DNA of 34,252 nt. Source: Jimgerdemannia flammicorona. Taxonomy: Eukaryota. Shown here one piece after another: positions 24,754 to 34,252 of this stretch; within the stretch, counting starts at the first letter, position 1; every line of letters starts with the position of its first letter. A program made the position numbers and the translations under genes. The notes beneath the pieces are model-generated. The model was not told the origin of the DNA and did no database searches. It was given only the letters and a program-made list of their open reading frames with translations. The DNA lies in NCBI GenBank assembly GCA_003990765.1, contig RBNJ01000281.1, positions 1 through 34,252 on the forward strand, given 5' to 3'.

Positions 24754-25597
24754 ACTTCCTCCTGAATAGATGGTCTCATCTCTGGGGCATCTATTCAAAC
24801 TCCCAGGCTTCAACCATCTGTATGGTCTTGTACTGTGCAATTTGCTGTATGACTGTTTCTCAATGATGTCTTCTCACTTTCTCGAAGTCGGTGGGGGTTA
24901 CTCCTCTCAGGTGGTCTATTTGTAAGAGGGTTACTTTTTAGAGTAACTGTTACATAGTTCTAGAAGGGTTTTTTGGATATTCTGGATGTTCTGGAAGACT
25001 GTTTTCTTATGGTCAAGATCAATATCATATGGAGTACATCCTCTACGCTTATTGATTTCAAGATCAGATTGACATCTCAACCAAAGTCCTTTTTTGGACT
25101 AGTTCTGGATGTTCAGGATTTTCCGTATTTCAGAAAGTTCAAGAAACTAAGACCAGCTTAGTTGAATTGGTGTATCGCTGCAGACAATATCCAATTAGGA
25201 AATTTCGTGATGGGGTTAGGAGTAGGACCTAACAGGGAGCGGATTTACTTAAGTGTGGTTTGTGGGTTATAGAATAGGTTTATTTGCTATTCATGATATT
25301 GCTATACTAGGAGTATTTGTGTGAAGGAGTATTGTGGAGAAGTATTCAGGAATGTTCTTGTGTATTCGAGTCTGAGATTCTGAGGTCTGGGGGAGGGGGT
25401 ATTTATACTAGTGAGGGGCTATCTGAACTATACTGAATATAGGTGTAGCACTAAGTGCCTTGCTGAGTCGGAATGCAGTCACGTAGTACAAGTGTGATCT
25501 GATATGTCAAGAGATCGTCTGACTGCTGAGTCAGTTCACAGTCACATTATACAAGGCTAATCTATCTATACTATGACTGCTAGACTATTTATAGGTC

Positions 25598-26752
25598 TTA
25601 GGCACTATCTGGGTAGTCTTCGATGACATCACCATCGATTGCATCATCTCTGATGAAGTAGTCATCTAGGAAGAGTGGTTCGCAGATTACTTCTCCTTGT
25701 TGGCTGAGGTAGTAATACATTGGAACTTCATCTCCATCCCACAGGATAGCATTGTCTGTCTCGTAGGCTGGATAAGGTGTTGGTGGACAAAGAATGGGTG
25801 TATTGTCTTCGCTTTCATCAGATTCACTATCTGCATACCTTCTATAGGTTATGGCACTATGAGTTGTGGGGTTATAGTATGCTGGCAGCTGTGGTTCATG
25901 TCGCTCGTACTCGGGTGGTGGAGTGGTTGGTTCGATCTCAAGGGTTGTCTAAAGGTACAGGTTGTATTCTCCAGTCTCTTCATTGTAATTGAAGTAATCA
26001 GGGGTAAATGCGGGTTGGTATTCATGCCAGTGGTCATTGTCCCAATAAGTCTCATATGCAGTTATGAACTGTTGTAAGTTCATTGGCAAGGTTGGCGGAG
26101 TGATCAGGGTTGGCAGAGATCCTTGGCTTGAGGTCATGTCAGCATCAGAGGGATCATTGTCTTCTGCTTCATCTTCGTCAAAGTGGATTATATCATAGAC
26201 ATCCTTTATGGCGTATCTGACTTGAGGCATTTGTAGAATATAGTCATCAGGGTGCGGGAAGGTTCTGTCTGTAGTCTGGACGTATTCGAGATACTTGTGG
26301 TTGAGTTCTTGTATCATGTCATCAATTTGGCCGTAGGACAGGGTAGCAACCATTCCGCTGGTAGTAACTCGGAGGCGGGGAATAACAGTGCTGTACTCAT
26401 AGAAGAGTTCTCGATGTTTGCGGGTGATGAGCTTCTGGTGTTGAGACATCTGGGTAATGTCTGTATCATGATGGTGTTCGACCATGTCTTCCAGGAGGCG
26501 GCCAATCTGGTAGTAGCTTGAGATTTGTCTGATTTGGTAGGCCTTGCTAAGCATGTTCAGGGCGTTCCATCGGGCTTCCACAAAGTAGAGAGGTGCCAGG
26601 CTATGGATATTTATGAGGGGCAGAGGGGGTGTGGCTCGGTTGACAATGGCATTCCAAATGTCAGCACGGATATGGTTGTAGATCTCGGTGGTCATGTTTG
26701 TGTGTTTGGAAGTTGTGGTTGTTGTTTGTTTTGGTTCTCTGATTCGACGCAT
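25598..26752 (-). pseudogene. Second accessory 3' ORF of element C, unknown function
   Basis: A 267-aa ORF (ISSYYQIGRLL...QKLITRKHRELF). A protein-like acidic/Pro-rich reading continues past TAG 25949, with one frameshift, to TAA ~25598. Confidence 0.75.
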
Positions 26753-26784
26753 CTCGGTGCTCGGTATATATGCATTTAGTCCTA

Positions 26785-27264
26785 ATTGGTAAGATTCTGT
26801 TTGTATAAATCTTGTGTTCCGTGACTTTGTATTAACTCAGCTTTGTGTGCTGTGACTTCGGTTTGACTCAGCTTTGTGATCAAGCAGGTGATTTCCAGAT
26901 TTGTTCAGAGGTCACATGTAATTTCAGTGGCTTGGAGGTTGTGCACTTACACTATTGCTGATTCATCTTCTCGGAATAACTTGTGGATCCTTTTGGTGAT
27001 AGTGATCTGTGAGTGAGAGAGTTGACACTCGGCAATCCAGTCCTTCTTGGTCTTTGCTGGATCCTGATTGAGCACCTGCCCAAGCTTGAAGTACTCTTGG
27101 AATTCTGCCCAATATTGATAGGCTCTAAAGTACGAGATCCAAGAGAGATGAGTCTGCACAATACTCTGAATATCCTCATAGTATACCTCTATGGTCGGAG
27201 GCTTGGTGGTGTGCCATTGTCTTTTGATGGCTCTTTGGGCAGCACTAGTGATCTTGAGTGCCAT
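26785..27264 (-). pseudogene. First accessory 3' ORF of element C, unknown function
   Basis: ATG lies just after the integrase stop. Contains FQEYFKLGQVL...ITKRIHKLF; the reading continues past TAA 26947. Confidence 0.72.
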
Positions 27265-27276
27265 CACAGTACTTTA

Positions 27277-28470
27277 TTACTGGCCATAATATTTCTTGAG
27301 TCAGTTTCGGTAAATGGTGGTGGGGATTATTGTGTCTGAGGGTTTTCATAGCCAAAAGGTGGTCCCTTTTATATCTTGCACAAGGTAAGGTTCTTCCCAC
27401 TTGGGCTCCAGTTTTCATGACTATGAAGCTTCTACCATATTCTGATACACTAGGACCTTATCTCCTATCTTGATAATCTCCAAGGGCTTGTGGGTCTTTT
27501 CCGCATTCCTCCATTGTAGTGTCTGCGCCTTGGATATATAATCCTCAGCCTTCTTCCTGATTTGGTTTAGTTTCTGTATTTCCATGTCCACATGTTTCCA
27601 TACAGCATCTCCATTGGATGATAGGGTTCCTTGAGAACATTCTTCTCTGAATAGCATTTCTCGAGAGGTAAAGTGGGTACTTTGTGATCAGATATCCTGG
27701 AGAGCAGATAATGCTATTGGCAGATAGTGATCCCAGTTCTTGTAGTTATCACAGATCTTAGCGATATAATTCTTGAGGGTTTTGTTGGTCCTTTCTACTT
27801 GTCCGTTTCCTTGGGGGTGATAGGCTGTAGTTCGAATGTACTGGATCTTGTACTTCTTGTAGAGAACCTCAAAGAGCTGGTTCATGAATTCTGTTCCTCT
27901 ATCTGTAGTTACTTGTATTGGGGTCTTGAACCGGCAGATGATTTCCTTGTGGAAGAAATCAGCGATTGACTGTACATTGGCTTCCTTGAGGGGTCCTGCT
28001 TCTATCCACTTCATAAAAAGGTCTACGATGACAATGATGTATCGGTTACCACTCAGGGTCAAGGGTAGAGGGCCAATTACATCCATTGCTATATGGGCAA
28101 ATAGTACTGGTTCTATGTGTGCTGATCCTGGGGCCTGATTCTGTTGGTCTTGTTTCTGTTTCTGGTATTTGTCGCATATCTTGATAAATTGTCTGATATC
28201 TTCCTCTATCTCTGGCCACCATATTGTTCTTCTTGCCTTGTCATATATATTCATTTCTCCTAGATGGCCAAGTTTGTATACTGATTTCATTGCTTGCTCC
28301 TTCTTGTATTCTTGTATGACCAGTAGTTTTCCTTTCTTCAGTGTTTCTCCATTGGTTTCGAATTGTTTCCATGTCCTGTCGATAATCGTTTGTATCCATT
28401 CTTCCAGATGTTGGGGCATCTTTCGCTGTCTCAGGTATGTGATAATTCCGTAGTAGAGCTCCTTATTCAT
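27277..28470 (-). pseudogene. Integrase of element C, separate ORF (about 398 codons)
   Basis: Starts MNKELYYG at 28470. Contains DVIGPLP, TDRGTEF, YHPQGNGQVER and PKWEEPY, ending LKKYYGQ*. No chromodomain. Confidence 0.92.
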
Positions 28471-31400
28471 GATTGATTTGTTGGTTAGAGGTAGTTTGAG
28501 GTATCCATGAGAGAGCATCTGCATTGGAATTTATTCTTCCAGGGCAGTATACAATGGTTACATTATAGGCTTATAACTTCATTATCCATCTAGCATAGAT
28601 TCCCTTGGGTTGTCCAGTTGTCAGTAGCTAGATGAGAGCTGAGTGGTCTGTCTGGATGGTGAAGTGTCTTCTGGCCAGATAGTAGTGGAACTTTTCTACA
28701 GCCCAGATGACTGCAAGGCATTCCAACTTGTAGGACTCATATTCTTTTTCAGCCCCTCGGGTTCCGTGGCTAAGATATGCAATGACATACTCCTTTTTGT
28801 CTTCTTTTTGAGCTAGGACTACTCCTAGTCCCTGTGCACTTGCATCCATCTGAAGGATAAATTCTTGGGTCCAATTGGGTCATCTGAGGATGGGTGTCTG
28901 AGTTAGTCTGATCTTGAGTTCATCAAATGCTTTTTGTTGTCTGCCGGTCCACTGGAACTTAGTATCCTTCTTGTTGAGTTTGTAGATTGGACCTGCAATG
29001 TTGGAGAATCCTCTAATAAATCTGCAATAGTAGGAGGTAAGTCCCATGAAGGCTTGGGCTTCTGTAATGGTAGTGGGCCTTGGGTATGCTGCTACCGCTT
29101 GTATTTTGAGGGGGTCCGTGTGTGTTCCATCTCAATTGATAATATGGCCAAGATAGGAGATCTCGATTTCTGCAAACTTGCACTTCTTGGGTTTGATATA
29201 AAGGCCATGTTGTCTTAGTCTCTCCATTATCTGCTGTATGTGCTACAGATGTTCCTCAGGTGTCTTGCTATAGATGATTACATCATCGATATAGACCATT
29301 ATCCATCTTCCTATGTCATAGTGGAAGATTTTGTTCATCATTCACTGAAAGCTTGCTGGTGCATTACACATTCCAAATGGTATTCATAGGTAGATGTAGG
29401 TTCTGTCTGGGGTGATGAAGGCTGACTTTTCACTTGCCATCTCTGTGAGTCCAATTTGGTGAAATCCTGAGTATAAGTCCAGGGTGCTGTAGTACTCTGC
29501 TTCGTCTCCCAATGTTATAAGGATGTCACTGATGAGTAGCAGTGGTTGGCGATCCTTCTTGGTAACTGCATTGAGCTTTCTGTAGTTGACACAGAGCCTT
29601 GGGGCAAATTCTCCAGGTTTGCTTCCTTTTTTCGGGGCTAGTACAACTGGTGAAGACCAGGGGCTGCTGGCTTCTTTGATGATGCCGGCTTCTTCCATCT
29701 GCTTGATTTCTTCTCTGAGCCATTCTCGGTAGGCCGGCGGGACAGGTCTTGCCTTCTGGTAAATTGGTTTGGTGTCTCCAGTATCTACCTTATGTTAGTA
29801 GTGTGGGGTCTTTCCTTTGATATCCTTGAAATCCGTGGCAAGGACATCCTCAAATTTGTGGAGTATTTTCTTGAGTTCCTCCTTGAGTGGGAATTTGTCT
29901 CCAATGGTGTAACTGTGCTTGCTCGTGTTTTCCTCCTTCTTATGCTCAAGTTTGGTGATCTTGGTGCTGGCAAATACTCCTCTTCCTGTAGATCCGAATC
30001 CTTTCTTTCCTCTTTTCGTTTCCTCCATATTCTTGACTTCTATGATTCTTGGCTGTATGATTGGGAAGATCAACATCTGTGACAATTGGTCCTTCTTTTT
30101 GACTGGGAATGGAATTGTAGGATTGTGGTTCCTAACAATGAGTAGAATTTCTCCAGTATAGTCTGAATCAATGACTCCTCCTTTGATTGTGATTTTGCTT
30201 CTAGCCAGGCTGCTTCTTGTCTTGAGAATCCTGATATGATCCTTTGGGATGGTCATCTCCAGTCCAGTTGTGAGTAGGGTGGTTGTCTGGGGTTCCAGTA
30301 CAGTTTCTTCTACTGTAGCGATGTCCATTCTGGCTGCATTTTCTGACTTGTATTCTGGCAAGACTGCATCAGAGTGGATCTTTCGAATCTTGACCTTGAT
30401 TTCTTCTTCATCATCACTATCCTCCAGGAGGGTTGGTGGTTCATCATCTTTCTCCTTCTCTTCTTCCCTGATCTGTTTTTGAGAGCTTTCTGCCTTCTTT
30501 TCTGGTAGATCTTCTTGGTTCTGATGGTACATTGGTAGCAATCATTGATATGCTCCATACAGTACATCTTGATTCCATGAGAACAGACTCCTTGTGGGGT
30601 ATAGCCTTCTGCAATCTTCTTGTACCATTCTTCTTCACTCATCCATCCAACTTTCTTCTTCTTTGGAATAGTTACCATATAAGCTTCCTCTTGCTCACTC
30701 TTTTCTTCCTCCATATCGGGCAGGACTCTTTTGTTGATGTTGATGGAAATTTATATCTTCTGTCCCCAGTAGGTGATCTGCATCTTCTGAGCATTGAGAT
30801 CAATTACTGCCTTGGCTTTGTGAAGCCACTGATTGCCAATGAGGATATCATAGTTGGTGGCATTGGTTACGATTATATCTACTGGGATTGTTGCTCCTCT
30901 GATCTTGATGGGAATATCTCGGATCTTTCCCAGAGGTGTGGCTCTTGTGCCATCAGCTGTGATGAATACTAGCTTAGTTGCTTCTTCCACATTCCAACCT
31001 AGGCAGTCTGCTGCCTTCTTACTGAGGAGACATCCTCCTGCTCCTGTATCAATAATGGCTTCAAAGGTTCTATCTTCGATTTGGCATGTTGCATAAGCAG
31101 AGGTTTTGCGATTATCCTCACTTTCTTCTCCTGAGTCCTCTTGAACATTATTGGTCTCAGTTATCTTCCATCCTTGTTTCTTGGTTGTTTCAGCAAGTCC
31201 AAACCTCATTTGCTGTCTGAATGTTGGGATTTCTGCAAGCTGACCAAAGGTTGCATTGACCTTTTGTTGACTGAGATCCTTGAAGATATCATACTTGAAG
31301 GTCTTGGTCTTGCAAAGCTTCTTTTCTTTTTCTCCTTCACTGGCTGGAGTGGTTCCTCAGATGATATCTTGAACTGCTTGCTCCAGCTCGATATCTTGGT

Positions 31401-32454
31401 CCATCTCTTTAGCTTGGCTTTCTGTGTCAGTTTCCATCCACTTTTCCACTGGGTTCTTCTTGGGTCTTCCTGGCAGTCTCTTGTAGGGTTCTTTGTGAGC
31501 ATCCTTCTTAGTGGTCTGAGCAGGATAGGCCTCCCATTCCTCTTCATTGGATTCTCTGATTTCTTCAAAGGTGATTGTATTGGCCTGCTCCTTGTTTTGT
31601 GTGGCATTGCTTGGTTGAGCCTTGCATTTGGTTTCACTCATACATTCATAGGAGTAGTGGCCTTCTTCTCCACAGCTGTAGCAGGTACCTTTCTTCTTGT
31701 CTGAGGTGGTGGCAAACTTCTGAACAGGGCAGTGATCTCTTTCTCGGATTTCCTTTACCACATCTCCCAGGTGGGCAGTCATTTCAGCAAACCTTTTGGC
31801 GAGTTCCTCCATAGGGTCACTGTTCTTTTGCTGCTCTGTAGCTTTTGGCTGAGGTGTGTTTCGATTGATCATTGTGGTGGGGATCACACTGATTGCCTTG
31901 GGTGCCTTGATTCTGACTCCTGTAACTCTTTCCATTATATAGTCTTGTGGGTGTCTGGCTATCCAGTATCGCTGAGCATAGGTGACCTTCTGTGGCAGAT
32001 CCAGAATCACTGGTGATGAGCAGATGGCCATGGCTATTTCTGGATGGACTCCTTTCTTGAAGGTTGCTTCGGCTACTTGATCTCGGATAGCAGCAGCATA
32101 ATCTACAAGGATTATCTGATATCGAATTCTGGTATAGAATGTGTTTGGATCCTCGCTTATTCCTTGGTATGTTGTATTGAGCTGATCCTTCAGGGCTTGC
32201 TTGATCTCATCTGTATAATATGTATTTCGGAGCCAGGTCTTCTGTGCTGTCAGTATGGCATCAGCATCATTTTCTGCATGGGTTGCAGCTGTGAATGCTA
32301 CTCTGGCAGGGCCTTGTAGGCTGAAGGGCATGAGGGCTACTTGCTGTGCTGCTGTCAGAGTCCTTACAGCAGCATACTGCTCGAAATCATCAATGAAGGT
32401 AATGATTGATTCATCTGAGGTATATCTATAGAATACTGGCGGTCTCATATCCAT
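28463..32454 (-). pseudogene. pol: gag-pol of element C: Gag (CCHC), protease, Cys/His linker, dUTPase, RT, RNase H
   Basis: Contains CYSCGEEGHYSYEC, IIDTGAG, dUTPase motifs, SPWSSPV, DLYSGFHQ, YIDD (~29282-29293) and DASAQGLG. It is one frame apart from in-frame stops and a shift near 30525. Confidence 0.95.
29983..30403 (-). CDS. dut: dUTPase domain of element C
   Basis: Contains AARMDI, TRSSLA, GGVIDSDYTGEI, SQML and RGKKGFGSTG, all five trimeric dUTPase motifs. Confidence 0.95.
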
Positions 32455-32546
32455 CTTGTCTGGGTATTGGGGCTTGATTTGTATGGTTGTTCGGATAGTG
32501 GCGGTTGTTCGTTGTTCAGCTTGAAGTGAGGGATTCGTCTTGAATC

Positions 32547-32564
32547 ACCAGCCAATGGGTACCA
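32547..32564 (-). promoter_or_regulatory. Primer-binding site of element C
   Basis: TGGTACCCATTGGCTGGT lies 3 nt inside the 5' LTR. Confidence 0.75.
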
Positions 32565-32567
32565 AGT

Positions 32568-33035
32568 TGTAACATAGCAGACGCTTACTCTTGAAAGTAC
32601 ATCGGATTTCTGTATCTTGAAAACTTGACCGTTCTGACTCTCGCAGAGTCTCTTGAAATTGTAGGGGAGAGTGGGTGAGTTCGAAGTGTATCTGCCTGCA
32701 GGCTTACTAGTTCCTTTGCTATCTCTTTGCTTTTGAACTATTTCAATCTGAGGTTTATTCACTTGAAGATACTGGGTTATTTATACAAGTTTGCTAGCTA
32801 TGAGATGGCTACTGAGTTATGCGGCTAAGTTATGAGTCATTTAGACAATGTCTAGAAATTTAGACAATGTTGAAATGCTATACTAAATCGGGGTATTCAA
32901 TTTGGATAATGTCTAAGAATTTAGACAATGTCGAAATCGAAGACTGCTAACTATAAGGCTATACTACTTTGGGACTGGGTGCGATCAAGTGTCTATTCCC
33001 TATTTCCTTCTTCCAAATTTGTCTATACCATCACA
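32568..33035 (-). repeat. 5' LTR of element C
   Basis: A 468-bp repeat of 24286-24753. Confidence 0.97.
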
Positions 33036-33680
33036 ATATATAGATATGATGTATCTGACTTTGCTCTACTTTATAACTCTTTAGGAGTAAGATTATTATC
33101 CTTGGAATACTTATTATTATTATTAGATTTCTTATTTAATACTTAAGATATACATTAGTTATATATATATACTACTATATTGATGACTTTAGCCCAATAT
33201 AAATATGATAATCTAGTCATATTGATCATCATTCTCACTTTTTCTATATCTATATAGTTAAATTACTTAGTCTACTATTCTGCTGTAATATATATAGTAT
33301 TGTTATCTGAGAGTATATACTATGGTTTCTTAAATACTACTTAAATGTACTATTGATATATTGATATCTATTATCAGAATATAAAGTATATATTCTATAT
33401 TTTATTTCATTTTCCATAATTACTTTAAATTCTTTAAATTTATCTAAGGCTTCACTCTTTACTAATAAGAAATAAATATATATATATATCTTAATATATA
33501 TATAGTTATTTGAATATGATGAAATTTCTCTTCTCTCTATAGAAAGTAAGCTATATATGTCTATATAGATTAAATCTAGTATATTGTATATATATATGTT
33601 TTATCTACTTTTTAAATAGATATTAGAATACTTTATTTATTATATAATCTTTATAGAATCTGTCTCTGGAATATATATAT
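33036..33680 (-). pseudogene. Decayed Copia integrase core, continuing into 22174-24285 across element C
   Basis: The minus strand reads LDLIYIDI, YFLLVKSEALDKFKEF, LYSDN, YWAKVINIVVY and TPKEL. Confidence 0.82.
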
Positions 33681-34252
33681 TGTAACGTGCCGGCTCAATG
33701 GAGGCAAATTACAAGGTTGGGGGTTGATGTAGTTTGGCTTGAGCCCCCAGTTACTTTGTTAAAAGCAACAAAATGTTCTTGGTGTTTAGCAGTATAATAG
33801 TCAAGATCTCGATACTGTGCGAGCGATTTCCTTATTGGGACGGTTCTCTGGGTGTAGCGGCGATTTGTATGTCTTTTCCTTCTTGGGTCAACTGGGAATG
33901 GCACAATTTTGTGTAGCGAGGCGATCTCCAAAAGTATGCGATTTCTGGGTGACGGTCTTGTGTAGCGTGACGATCTCTGTGCGTGATGGTGTGGTAATTT
34001 AGCGGTTCTCCTTATGCGATTTCTGCGTGACGATCTCTGTGTAGCGCGACGATTTCTGTGTAGCACGGCGGGTTCCTTATGCGGGTCAACTGGGAATGCG
34101 GCGAACTGGCTGATAACCTGATTTAGCTCACTGGGAATTGTATGGCGCGGATTCTTCTTTCTGGGAATAATGCTAGCGGCGGATTCTTCTATAGCGGGCT
34201 CACTGGGAACAACGAATAACTTGAATGGCGCGGATTCTTCCTGAATCGGCTT
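33681..34252 (-). repeat. 3' end of another family-A LTR (3' or solo LTR; runs off the window)
   Basis: The reverse complement matches ~3230-3854. It has an intact terminus GCACGTTACA flanked by ATAT, with no PBS. Confidence 0.92.

Larger units (their letters stand above)
24286..33035 (-). mobile_element. Ty3/Gypsy LTR retrotransposon, family C, complete (8.75 kb)
   Basis: Two 468-bp TG...CA LTRs, ATAT TSD, PBS, PPT and all pol domains present. Confidence 0.97.

Noticed and set aside
25949..26752. env gene
   Set aside because: The position fits, but no signal peptide, furin site or transmembrane anchor is visible.
27277..27430. Chromodomain at the integrase C-terminus
   Set aside because: The integrases of A, B and C end directly after the GPY/F region.
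33695..34066. Arg-rich 123-aa ORF (partly shared with 3631-3840)
   Set aside because: It is a translation of repeat-rich LTR sequence, and the upstream frame is not conserved between the two copies.
3230..34252. Terminal inverted repeats of one giant element
   Set aside because: The inverted match is two independent family-A LTR copies in opposite orientation.

Overview
This is a eukaryotic, most likely fungal, nest of retroelements with no host genes. It holds three distinct Ty3/Gypsy LTR-retrotransposon families. Element A is on the + strand at 1-3854, with a younger family-A LTR on the - strand at 33681-34252. Element B is on the + strand at 4199-~21623. Element C is on the - strand at 24286-33035, complete, with 468-bp LTRs and an ATAT target-site duplication (TSD). 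All are inserted into heavily decayed Ty1/Copia sequence. The 3' LTR of B has itself received a full-length U6 snRNA retrocopy and a full-length L1/Tx1-like LINE with a 16-bp TSD. All elements show C-to-T/G-to-A hypermutation, first at CpG and then at CpA/TpG (RIP-like). The three Gypsy families share an unusual, retrovirus-like design. First, integrase is a separate ORF whose ATG-AAY start overlaps the RNase H stop. Second, B and C carry a dUTPase and a Cys/His motif between protease and RT. Third, they share a family of unknown accessory proteins encoded downstream of integrase (A, C) or inside the LTR U3 (B). Fourth, otherwise dissimilar LTRs conserve a TATA-AATAAA-TCAG core. All alignments and translations were done by eye; no database searches were run.
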